Below, in pieces: positions 37,411-49,096 of a stretch of 64,000 nucleotides of DNA. The stretch lies in contig OX597834.1 in the NCBI GenBank assembly GCA_951406725.2, forward strand, positions 33,976,001 through 34,040,000. Direction: 5' to 3'. Under the pieces are notes generated by a model. That model was not told where the DNA came from. It saw only the letters and a program-made list of their open reading frames with translations, and did not search any database. This DNA comes from Octopus vulgaris (lineage: Eukaryota). The translations under genes and the position numbers were made by a program. Every line of letters starts with the position of its first letter. The stretch's first letter is position 1.

Positions 37411-38201
37411 GTGGACGTTACCGATAAAGGAACGTGTGTGTATGTGCGTGTGTATGTGTGAATATGTCTGGAAGTTTGTGTGTATGTATGTGTATTTACA
37501 TGTATGTGTATTTACATATCTCTATCTAACAGCTCACTATCTCCCTCTCTCTCTCTCTTTATGTATGTATCTGCATGTGTAAGAGGAAGTTTGTGTGCAT
37601 AAATGTGACGAAATGTGTGAGTGTGTTTATATATCTGTATAATACATTTGTGTGTATGTGTGTGTTGGTATGTAAGCTGCAGAAGGGAACATGGGACGAT
37701 GGAATGAAGAGAAGAGCTAATACCTTCCGCTGTCACCACCATATCACACACACACACACACACACACACATAGAGGCAAACACACACACATAATACATAC
37801 ATACATACATACACACACACATACATACATACACACACACACATATAGACATACACACACACACATACATACATACATACACATACATACATACACACAT
37901 TCATATACATACATACATACATAGCATACACATACATACATACACACATTCATATACATACATACATACATAGCAACACAGTACTGGGACAGCGAGTTCA
38001 CGGATAAATAAACAAGTGAGGTTAAATGTATGTTTATAGTGTTCACGCGTGTAAACATATTGTATTTGCACATAGCGAGACAAAAGTGAATGTTTATTGA
38101 ACGTAAACACTACATACATACATACACGTATGTATGTATGTATGTATGTATGTATGTATGTATGTATGTATGTATGTATGTATGTATGTATGTATGTATG
38201 T

Positions 38202-38237
<36 letters not shown>

Positions 38238-38340
38238 GTGTATATATACACACACAAACGGACATAGACCGGGGTGGAGGTAAAGCGGGGAATATGATTA
38301 ATTAGAAAGTAAACAATTGGAAAGATGGTGGTGGTGGCGG

Positions 38341-38373
<33 letters not shown>

Positions 38374-38774
38374 CGACGGTGATGGTGGTAATGATGATAG
38401 TAACGGTATGATGATGGTGGTGGTGGTGGTGGTGGTGGAGGCGGTGTTGATAATGACGCTAGTGATGATGACGATGACGATGGTTAATAACCGAAGATCC
38501 TTATATAAACACTGGAGGAAGGATGAGGGGAGGGGCCTCAAACTTGTCTCGCGCGCGCGCACGTACACACACTCACACACACACAGAGGTTGAAAGAGGG
38601 GGGGGGTAATGATGAAGGTGGGAGGGGGGTGACTGTTGCAGGTAAAGCAACAGACGACACGAATGATGCTCAGCAGCGGGGACTGTCACACTTCTCCACG
38701 CATCCCAATAATGACATCTTGTGTTTGTACGTCGCAGCCACCGCCGCCATCGTCATTGCGTTTGAGTGTCACAT

Positions 38775-38811
<37 letters not shown>

Positions 38812-39200
38812 AGGTAACAACCACCACCACCACTACTACTGAAGGTAAGAGCCACCACTACTACTACTACTAGTACTACTACTTCAGGTAAGAGCCACCA
38901 CCAGCACCACCACCACTACTACTACAGGTAAGAGCCACTACTACTACTACTAGTACTACTACAGGTAATAGCCACCACCACTACTACCACCACTACTGCA
39001 AATATTACTGTCACCAACAGTCACAGATGAGTGTAACATTTACTACTACTACCACCACTACTACTACCTCTACTACTACTACAACTATTACTACCACCTC
39101 TACTACTACTACCACATAACTATTACTGCTTTTACTACTACGTCTATTACTACAACTGCAACAACATCAACACTGCTACTACCACAACACAAACTACTAT
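38775..39200. repeat. (TAC)n/(CAC)n tract containing five AGGTAA units
   Basis: (C/A)AGGTAA at 38811, 38842, 38885, 38925 and 38962. Confidence 0.9.
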
Positions 39201-39344
39201 ATCAGTAGTTCACATAGTGTCGTTATTTATTTCCAAAGCCACCCCAGCATCTAGTTGGTTGACCCTGACTGAGCAGACCTGTGATCAAAGGTATTCCATC
39301 CATGGCCAACCTCTTTGTGTTTTGTTTTTTCTTTTTATTCAAAC

Positions 39345-39597
39345 AAGAATACTAAAAATGAACCCAACTGCTCTCCAAAATTAAGCAAAAAGACCAGAAA
39401 AAATAATCCAGAATCTTTGTCCGGTACCAGATTGATCCCAAAATCTAATCAGTTCATGCCAGACACAAGGCCAAACATCCCTGAAAGTTTCATCTGAATC
39501 CATCCTGCAGTTCTTGAGATATTTTGTCCACAGACAAACAAACAAACAAACACAACTGAAAACAATACCTCTGCCTTCGCTAAGGTGGAAGTAATAA
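39345..39597 (+). mobile_element. Non-autonomous element with internal (CAAA)n and a terminal hairpin (Helitron/Helentron-like architecture)
   Basis: Hairpin TACCTCTGCCTT-cgct-AAGGTGGAAGTA at 39566-39593 after (CAAA)n; a fragment also occurs at 12292-12320. Confidence 0.5.
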
Positions 39598-40078
39598 ATT
39601 GGAAGTATGCAAAAATAAATATATCATGTCAATGAAGGACCATATAGCTTCCTCTCTTTCTATTCATCAATCCAAAGAGGTAAACTCTCTTAGTCTTTCT
39701 CTCTTCATCTTTCTTCAATCTCCTAGCAATCATCAACAGAGGAATACAGCTACCTACAAAATGGACAACAAAACCTTGTCTAATCTTTATACAATAACAA
39801 CTTGAAGCAGCTGTTTTTATATTGTAACACTAAAAAAATAAAAGCCATTTCAGCTATTAATTTCTTCTATCGTTTATTCTATGGACTTCAAAAATAACCA
39901 TTACATTCTCAGAAACCAGGCATCTGCCATTCATCTTACCAAATGTTGCATTTTATGACTCCAATGTTAGCAAACCAAACTGCAGTCTTCTCAATATGCC
40001 AACTATCAGCATATAAACTGCTGCATTTCCTTACAAACCATTATAAAATGGTTAGCAAATTATTTAACAACATCCTAT

Positions 40079-40445
40079 AGGTGCAGGAATGGTTGCTTCC
40101 CAATCACATGGTTTTGGGTTCTGCCCACTGCGTGGCATCTTGGGCAAGTGTCTTCTACTATAGCGCTGAGCTAACTAAAGCCCTGTGAGTGGAATTGGTT
40201 GGGGGAAACTGAAAAAAAAAGCCTGGTGTGTGTGTGTGTGTGTGTGTCCACCCCTAACTACATGACAACCAGTGTTGTGTTTAGTCTCTGTAACCGAGCA
40301 GTTTGGCAAAAGAGACTGATAGAATAAGTACCAAGCTTTGAAAAAATAAGTCCTGGGGTCTTTATTTATTCGACTAAAAATTCTTTGAAGCAATGCCCCA
40401 GCATGGCCACAGTCTAATAACTGAAACAAGTAAAGGATAAAAGAT
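40079..40445 (+). mobile_element. Family B SINE
   Basis: Head, CORE-like domain, (TG)n and 3' body. Confidence 0.85.
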
Positions 40446-40624
40446 ACTAAATCAATCTATTATACCATTAAACAAATCCATGAGCAACATTCATATTATT
40501 ACAAAAGATTTGTTTTCAATAAATAACATTAATAATTTATAATTACAAACGAAGCACAATTTATTGTATATTATAAAAACCATAATTTAATAAATCAGCT
40601 TAGATAATAATGTATTCAATAGTG

Positions 40625-40965
40625 AGGCACATGACTCAGTGGTTACAGCGTTGGACTGACAATCATGACGTAATGAGTTCGATTCCTAGACTGGGCTGTG
40701 TGTTGTGTTCTTGAGCAAGACACTTTATTTCACGTTGCTCCAGTTCACTCAGCTGTAGAAATTAATTACAATGTAGAAATTAATTGCAATGCCATGCTGT
40801 GTCGGCCTTTGCCTTTCCCTTAGATAACATTGGTGGCATGGAGGGGAGATGCTGGTATGCATGGGCGACTGCTCGTCTTCCATAAACAACCTTGCCCAGA
40901 CTTGTGCATCAGAGGGAAACTTTCCAGATGTAATCCCATGGTCATTCATGACCAAAGGAGGTCTT
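40625..40965 (+). mobile_element. Family C-type SINE with an alternative 3' body
   Basis: GGCACATGACTCAGTGGTT..GAGTTCGATTCC tRNA-like head followed by TTGAGCAAGACACTTTATTTCACGTTGCTCCAG. Confidence 0.8.
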
Positions 40966-40996
40966 TAGTTTATTTAATGAACATCATTTTCATTAC

Positions 40997-41345
40997 CAGT
41001 GTCACATAAAAAGTACCTGTACTGTGCCACATAAAAAGTACCTGTACTGTGCCACATAAAAAGTACCTGTACTGTGCCACATAAAAAGTACCTGTACTGT
41101 GCCACATAAAAAGTACCTGTACTGTGCCACATAAAAAGTACCTGTGCCAGTGCCACATAAAAAGCATCAGTGTTGGTGCCATGTAAAAAGCAGTCAGACC
41201 TCTCAGTAAAGGGGTCGGTGCTTGGAAGGGCAACCAGCTATAGAAATCAAGCCAAAACAGACAACTGGAGCCTGATGCAGCTCCTGTCAAACGGTCCAAC
41301 CCATGCCTGCATGGAAAACAGATGTTAAATGGTGATGATGATGAC
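40997..41345 (+). mobile_element. Family D element with six tandem 25-bp monomers
   Basis: GCCACATAAAAAGTACCTGTACTGT (first and last units slightly variant) at 41001, 41026, 41051, 41076, 41101 and 41126, then the family D body. Confidence 0.9.
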
Positions 41346-42840
41346 TTGAAGTAATGTAATTAGACATAACAATTATGACCTATTTTATTCTTTGATATCT
41401 ACATACAATTTTATATACTTGATAATGGATCAAAGAAGTTATTTACTTTATAGATTTGGAGATAGATCTAGTTCGCTTACAACAAACACAAGCTCCCAAT
41501 ATTTAATGTATTCATTATAATTGAATTGGAGCTTGATCCATGATTCCTATGGTTGGATAACATATCCTTCTTGAGCCCTGTGGACTAGTAACTGTCAGTT
41601 TCCTGGTTTCCATAATGTATATATATTCTATTCTAGGTACAAGGCCTGAAATTTTGGGGGAGGGTCCAGTTGATTAGATCAACCCCAGTATGCAAATAAC
41701 ACTTAATTTAACAACCCTGAAAGGATGAAAGGCAAAGTCGACTTCGGCAGGATTTGAACTCAGAACATAAAGACAGACGAAATACCGCTCGGCATTTCAC
41801 CCGGTGTGCTAACGATTCTGCCAGCTCACCGCCTTTATAATATATTTACACCCTGGATGGGATACTAGTTCATAGCAGGATTGCTTATTTTTGGCAGCTG
41901 AGTGGACTGGAGCAACATAAAACAAAGTATTTTGCTCAAGAACATAACCTGTTGCCCAGTCCAGGAATTGAAACCACAATCTTACGATCTTGAGGCCAAC
42001 ATCCTAACCACTAGGTCACATGCCTTCCACATCCATGGCTGGATGCCAATCCTAATGCCAACCACTATACATAGTATACTGGGTGATTTTAATTAATAAA
42101 TGACTCTGATTAGATTAATAAACCTTTCTACTATAGGCACGAGGCCTGAAATTTTGGGGGAAGGGGACCAGTTGATTATATGGCCCCCAGTGTTTCACTG
42201 GTACTTAATTTATCAACCTCAAAAGGATGAAATGCAAAGTCGATCCCAGTGGTATTTGAACACAGAACGTAAAGTCAGGTGAAATACCGCTCAAGAATAT
42301 CGCCTGGCATGCTCACCACCTTGATTAGATTAATAAATGACCACCACTTGACTATTATTATTAATAAGCCACCATGATCTAACTAACTCTTATTCATAAA
42401 TCTCTTTGACCAAACAAGCTAATTAATAAATTACCATGGCCAAACTGACATAATTAATAAATCACCATGATTAAACCATTATTACTAGTAAACAACTGTG
42501 ATCAAGCAGAGAGGATTAGGGTCTATGTAATTAACATCAACCTCCACTCAAAAAAGCAGGCCTTGTGCCTATAGTAGAAAGGGGAGGGGGTCAATAAATA
42601 AGTACCAGTTGAATAATGGGGTTAATGTAATTGACTAGTTCCCTCCCCACAAAATTTCAGGACTTGTAGCTTTAGTAGAAAGGATTATTATTATTATTAT
42701 TATTAATAATTCTGCCGGGGTCAACTTTGCTTTTCATCCTTTCGGGGTAGATAAATTAAGTACCAGTTATGTACTAGGGTCGATGTAATTGACTAGTTCC
42801 CTCATAAAATTTCAGGACTTGTGCCTTTAGTAGAAGGAAA

Positions 42841-42873
<33 letters not shown>

Positions 42874-43212
42874 ATTCTGCCGGGGTCAACTTTGCTTTTC
42901 ATCCTTTCGGGGTTGATAAATTAAGTACCAGTTATGTACTGGGGTCGATGTAATCAACTAGTTCCCTCTCCAGAAAATTTCAGGACTTGTGCCTTTAGTA
43001 GAAAGGATTAATATTATTATCGTTATTATTTGCTTTTCATCCTGGTTGGGGCAGGGTCAATAAAATAAGTACCAGTTGAGCACTGGGGTCGTTGTATTTG
43101 ACTAACCCTGCCCCTCAAATTTGCCAGCCTTGTACCTAAAGTAGAAGGAGTTATTAGTAGTAAACTGCTACGAACAAACATTTCTTAGTTTCAACATGTG
43201 ACCTTTTCCCTC

Positions 43213-43251
<39 letters not shown>

Positions 43252-43727
43252 ACAACAATTTTTGCAACAGTTTTCATCTTTTATGCCACATTGAAGAACA
43301 TTCTTTATCTGTGCTTCCAGATTCCGTGTTTTAAATATCAAAGTGCTATGTTTAGCAGCACTGCGTAAGCTAGTGTTTCAAAACAAGATTATTTATCCTT
43401 ATTGACATATTGGCAGGATCGTTACTGCACTGGAAAAAGTTCTTTGTAGCATTTGTTCCAGCTCTTTAGGTTCTGAGTTCAAAAATCTCGTCATAATGAA
43501 CTTTCTCTTTCATCCTTTTGGGGTCAATAAAATAAGTAACGGTCAAGCACTGGGCTCAATGTAATCATCTCGCTCCTCCCCCCAAATTTCAGGTCATTAT
43601 TATTATTATTATTGTTGTTATTATTATTATTATTATTATTATCATTGTTATTGTTATCATTATTATTATTATTGTTATTATTATTGTTATTATTATTATT
43701 ATTATTATTGTTATTATTATTATTTCA

Positions 43728-43890
43728 TTCATGCACAACAGACTTGACTGTTGGGAAAAAATTCATAACATCAGGCTACAACAAGTAACCTTAGATGCCA
43801 AAAGTCTTCCTAAGCCTTCTAGCTATCCCTAATAATACCGTTTTCTGGTTTTATGCCTGTTTCCTTAATCCATATGAGGTTTTATGCCTA
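43728..43890 (-). pseudogene. RLE-LINE 3' end fragment in (TAA)n
   Basis: Minus strand QKTVLLGIARRLRKTFGI* matches the LQK..LLGTA.ILRKVL terminus; same family as 63225-63645. Confidence 0.7.
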
Positions 43891-45043
43891 TTATCATTAT
43901 TATTATTATTATCATTATTATTATTAAGGTGACAAGCTGGCAGAATCGTTAGCATGCTGGGTGAAATGCTTAGTGGTATTTCATCCATCTTTACATTCTG
44001 AGTTCAAATTCCGCTGAGGTCAGCCTTGCCTTTCAGTCTTTCGGGGTTAATAAATTAAGTACCAGTTTGCATACTGGGATCGATCTAACCGAGTGGCCCC
44101 CTCCCCCAAAATTCCAGGCCTTGTACCTATAGTAGAAAGGATTATTATTACTATTATTATTTTCTGTTTGACTTTTGCTTTACATTTGTACAAGTTGGCT
44201 CCAAGTCTCACCCAAAGACCTCAAGAGACAAGTTGGAAGTTCATGCTGGTGTTATGCCTAGGGTGCCATATATTTGGTTTTGTACATAGTGTTATTATTA
44301 TTTTTATTATTCTTATTATTATTATTATTGCTAAGGTGGTGAGCTGGCAGAATCATTATCACACTGGACGAAATGCTTAGTCATTCCATCCATAGACCAG
44401 TGGGGCCAGTTGATAGGGTTAGTTTGGCATTAGTTGCATCGTATGTTTTAGCATTGAGTTTGTGACTGCTAAGAATATATTCTTTACAGATTATATTATT
44501 GTAATCTTTGGCAATTGTTTCTGAAGCACAAGTTGTAAGTTGTCGATGCTGTGTTTTGATGAGTTGGTTAGATGGCATTGAATGTCAATTATGTAAGAGG
44601 ATACGTTATTGAGTGGCGACTGTGTAGAATACATGTTGTGTGGGTTGTTTTATATTTGTCTTGGCACTTGAAGGTGGTGCTCTGAAGTGAATGTGCTGTA
44701 TAGACCAATGCTTCTCAAACTATCTGATGCGGTGCACCGGCAGTCTATTTTTTTTTCCAGTGTACCAGAGACCAGTAATATTTCTTAGTAATATTAATTT
44801 AAACCAGAAACAATATATATATAATGAATAAGGTGGCGAACTGGCAGAAACATTAGCACACCAGGCAAAATGCTTAGCGGTATTTTGTTTGTCTTTACGT
44901 TCTGAGTTCAAATTCTGCCGAAGTCAACTTTGCCTTTCATCCTTTCGGGGTTGATAAATTAAGTACCAGTTGCATACTGGGGTTTATCTAATTGACTGGC
45001 CCCACTCCCCCAACATTGTTGCCCTTGTGGCAAAATTTGAAAC

Positions 45044-45077
<34 letters not shown>

Positions 45078-45256
45078 GTAATTATTATTATTATTATTAT
45101 TATTAAGGTGCCCAGCTGGTAGAATCATTAGCACACCAGGCAGAATGCTTTGCAGTATTTCGTCTGTTGGTGCATTCTGAATTCAAATTCTGCCATGGTT
45201 GACTTTTTCATTCCTCCTTTTAAGTATCAATGAAATACATATCAGTTATGCAGTGG

Positions 45257-45514
45257 GGGGGGGGGGAGGCACGTAGCTTAGTGGTTAAGGTGTCAGCATC
45301 ATGATCGTAAAATTGTGGTTTTGATTCCTGAACCAGGCGACGTGTTGTGTTCTTGAGCAAAACACTTCATTTCACGTTGCTCCAGTCCACTCAGCTGGCA
45401 AAAATGAGTAACGCTGCGATGGACTGGCGTTCCGTCCAGCTGGAGAACGCATACACCATAGAAACCGGGCCCATGAGCCTGGCTAGGCTTTAAAAGGGCG
45501 CAGTTATTATTTTT
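45257..45514 (+). mobile_element. Family C SINE nested in a family A copy
   Basis: 11-bp TSD TTATGCAGTGG at 45246-45256 and 45515-45525. Confidence 0.85.
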
Positions 45515-45821
45515 TTATGCAGTGGAGGCAATATAATCACCTAGCCCCCTCCCCACAAAACTTCAGGCCTTGTGTCTTTAGTAGAAAGGATTATTATTAT
45601 TATTCTCATTAAGGCAGCAAGCTGTCAGAATCGTTAATAAGCTGGGCAAAATGCTTAGCATCATTTCGTCCGTTTTTTACATTCTGATTTCCAATCCTGC
45701 CAAAGCCAACTTTGCTTTTCATCCTTTCGGGGTCAATAAAATAAGTACCAGTTGTGTACCAGGGTTCAACTAGCCCCCTTCCCTGAAATTGCTAGTCTTG
45801 TGCCAAAATTTAAAACCATTC

Positions 45822-45852
<31 letters not shown>

Positions 45853-46010
45853 CACTACCACCACTACTACCACCACTACTACTACCACCACTACCACCGC
45901 TACTACTACTACTACTACTACTATTACTACTACTATTACTACTACCACCACCACCACCACCTCCACCACCACCACTACTACTACTACCACCACTACCACC
46001 ACTACCATCG

Positions 46011-46048
<38 letters not shown>

Positions 46049-46440
46049 GTTATTACTGCTACATATCTCCACAGAGATTGCAGATAAGACTGGCAAAGAA
46101 AAGCCTGTTAACAAAAGTGACGTGAAAGATTCCACACAAGTTAATCAGTCTCCTGTCACACATCTTATCATTGCTGAGACAACAACTAGTCTGAAATAAC
46201 AGACAATAATAATAATAATAATAGTAATAGTCGGGTTGATCGGAAGGATAACGATGACAACAATGATTTGGTGATGGTGGTGGTGGTGATGGTGGTGGTG
46301 GTGGTGATGGTGGTGGTGGTGGTGGTGATGATGGTGGTGGTGATGGTGGTGATGGTGGTGGTGATGGTGGTGGTGGTGGTGGTGGTGGTGGTGGTGGTGG
46401 GTGGTGGTAATGGTGGTGGTAGTGGTGGTGGTGGTGGTGG
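45822..46440. repeat. (TAC/CAC)n and (GGT/GAT)n tracts flanking a short unique island
   Basis: Directly visible; source of the poly-T, poly-L and poly-H ORFs. Confidence 0.9.
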
Positions 46441-46892
46441 TTAACGTGATTTTGATAGATGTGGTTATTACTGCTGATAATAGTGGTGATTGTAGGTGAT
46501 CATAAAGATGTGTGTGCATGTATATATGTATGTGTGAGTGTGTGTTTGTGCGTGTGATTGTGTATGACAAAGTGGTTATATGCATTTATATCCATTTTGA
46601 TGTTTGTGTGTGTCCACACATAAAATACACACACACACACACATACACTCATATACGCACACACACAAGAGTCAACACACAGACCTGATAGAAAGAGCAA
46701 GTGATTTCCTTTCAAATAACAATTGAGAGTAGTTAAATAAATAACTGGTGTCTGGTCGCAAGGAGAACATTTCGCATAAAGCAGTCTTCAGTATTAGACA
46801 AGCAGCAAGATGGCTTCATCTCGAATGTCTTTGGTCATAACAGTCATTATATATAAATAAATCAAGGCTGATCAAGGATTGACCACCAACAT

Positions 46893-46928
<36 letters not shown>

Positions 46929-46929
46929 T

Positions 46930-47346
46930 AGTAAAAAATGAAGTTCGAAAATGCTGCTGTATTATACAATTTTTAATTTTTATATATACATTATAACATG
47001 TTTCAGTTCTTGAAATGAACCTTATCAAAAAAAGTTATATATAAAAAAAGACAGCTCATGCCGTCAAACACAAGAAATTCATATATAATACACAACGGAG
47101 TCAGACATCTTAGAGTTCATGTATAGTTGATATATAGTTCATGTATAGTTGATATATAGTTTGAAGTATATGTTCAAAGTGTTCGATGCAGTGGCCCACG
47201 GTGGCGATACGTATTCAATACAAAAAACAGATCAAAGTGGTGGAAAGCGGTCAATACAGAAGATTGATGTTTCCGAAAGAGCGAGGAATTCATTTTTACC
47301 TTAAGCAATTGTGATGACCCATGGTGGAAGTTCGCTGGGTGGTTCT

Positions 47347-47347
<1 letters not shown>
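46930..47347 (-). mobile_element. (TA)n-flanked Penelope-like 3' end remnant
   Basis: Minus-strand peptide FLALSETSIFCIDRFPPL*SVFCIEYVSPPW loosely resembles a GIY-YIG C-terminus; decayed hammerhead at 46991-47028. Confidence 0.35.
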
Positions 47348-47390
<43 letters not shown>

Positions 47391-47573
47391 AGTGAGAAAA
47401 CGGTATGGACGTCTTTTTGGAGTCCAATATTACCCTGTACGCCTATTTGATTATGAAGATTTACAAACATACTTTCTCAGTGATACTCAGTTTACCTACC
47501 ATTATATATAATACCAAATGTTCTTTCTCAAACCTTTCATAATGTGACACAAGTCTTTGGTGTAGCAATTGCA

Positions 47574-47668
47574 TGTGGCTGAAGAGGGCTTTTAAACTAT
47601 CTGTTATGTCGATTATGCATTGATGTAAGAATAAGTTGTTCTATAAAGCTCGAAACATATGTACCGTA
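47574..47668 (+). ncRNA. Type I hammerhead ribozyme motif (Penelope-type, long loop II)
   Basis: CTGAAGA (47579-47585), stem II GGGCTTT/AAAGCTC, GAAA (47652-47655), stem III AC-ATAT-GT, GUA cleavage triplet; weak stem I TGTGG/CCGTA with two G-U pairs. Confidence 0.65.
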
Positions 47669-48099
47669 ACATCCTTTGTGTCCTGTTTTCCATTTTATTT
47701 CATTTGATATATATATATATATATAAGCAATAATTATAACACTATAGAATATATATGTTAATATATACGTTAAATGATGATGATGATGATGATGGTGGTG
47801 GTAGTGGCGGTGGTGGTGGCGGCGATGGTGATATAATGAACTTAATGTATACAGTGCTCTGGTGCACTAGAACTCATCAGAAAATGTAACCAAGATTGCA
47901 TGAACAGTTCATAGAATATGCACAGGAAGTGAACAGTGAAAAAGTCTTGAAAGAAAAAAGAACCAAGAAATGGGTGTATATAGATATATATATATATGAT
48001 AATGATCACTTTCACTGATTTCAATGTATGAGTGTTTGAAGGAAAGGATTATAAAGAAGAAGAAAAAAAGGAGATTATAAAAAGCAGAAGCTGCAACTA

Positions 48100-48425
48100 T
48101 TTGTGATGGATGTGTTGAATGTAATTTGAGTCCAGGAATGGATTTTGCTATGAAGTCGCAATGGAGACACTGACGATTTTGATTCTGCCTGAGACTGGAC
48201 AAAATGTATCTCTTGATTACAGGATATCGTTTTTTTATTGTTCTGTTTCTTCAGCACAAATTGTTTAGAAGTATCGTGACACATTTTATGCCACTCAGAT
48301 CGATCTAAGCTATTACTTCCCCAACATGTTACATTAAGCTGTAGGAATTTCAATGATTATTACTTCAACCTATCCTTATACCTTAGCTGGGGGTCTTCCT
48401 TTCCCATGGTATCCCTCTACTAGGT
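48100..48425 (-). pseudogene. Decayed RTE-clade LINE C-terminus
   Basis: GRPP..., WGSNSLDRSEWHKMCHDTSKQF and CLHCDFIAKSIPGLKLH in shifting frames. Confidence 0.7.
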
Positions 48426-48552
48426 GCGTGTCTGCGTGTGTGTGTGTGTGTGTATGACATTATTCAGTTTTATTTCAAGATTTCTTGCCAATGGAGAAAG
48501 AGCCGATTTCTAACCTAGATCCAAGGTTCCTTCGTTGGATTTTCAACAAGGC

Positions 48553-49096
48553 TGGTCTCCTTGTTTAAGTTGGTGGATACTGCCATAATCCTTGCCTTCA
48601 GTTCACCTTTGGTGCTACAAGGAGCTTTGTTGGTCTTTTGCTCAAATGTGCCTCACGTATTAATTAAGGCGGTTGCAGTCTAGGGAGTTAGATGAACAGA
48701 TTTTAGGGGTGGTGTGATCACAAAAATTGTCTGACAGCCATGACTGGGTTCTCCTGTTTGTGTGGCATGGCACAGTGTCCTGTTGCCAGACATAGGGTCT
48801 ACCCAGCAGCCACCCTCTTGACCCAGGACAGCACTACCTCCTTCAGGCACTTGATGAAGGCCTCCATGTTGAGCTTGAGACTGTGTGGGAAGATGAATAG
48901 AGGCATAACATCGCCATCACAAGTGATTACCCGAAACACCATGATGCTGACTGGATGTTTGATTTTTATCAGTCTTGGTACATGTCCTTAGACTGGCACC
49001 CAAACATTCTGAAATGTTCATAATGGAGCTTCCAGCATGACTGCCAAGTAGTACAGCATGTCGTTTCCAAATATCTGGCAGAGTGAATTGCGTCAT
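48553..49096 (-). pseudogene. Tc1/mariner (DD37D, maT-type) transposase pseudogene, internally deleted
   Basis: MTQFTLPDIWKRHAVLLG.. is joined to KHPVSIMVFRVITCDGDVMPLFIFP..YVWQQDTVPCHT..NSLDCNRLN*Y. There are 37 residues between QQD and the third catalytic position (now N). Frameshift and stop present. Confidence 0.9.

Larger units (their letters stand above)
41628..45820. mobile_element. Dense family A SINE cluster (2 minus copies, about 10 plus copies or fragments) interleaved with (ATT)n, RLE-LINE ends and family C copies
   Basis: Repeated family A core and tail motifs. Minus copies 41628-41835 and 42123-42322; plus copies include 42708-43008, 43927-44142, 44831-45045 and 45611-45820. 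Confidence 0.85.

Noticed and set aside
40625-40700. tRNA gene (also the heads at 45268, 63376 and 31005-31080)
   Set aside because: A/B boxes are present but there is no complete cloverleaf; most continue directly into a SINE body.
46145-46585. Poly-His ORF
   Set aside because: Reverse translation of a (GGT/GAT)n microsatellite.
46765-46797. Minus-strand CTGAAGA-ctgctttatgc-GAAA mini hammerhead
   Set aside because: The stem II base is a C-C mismatch and no stem I pairing is present.
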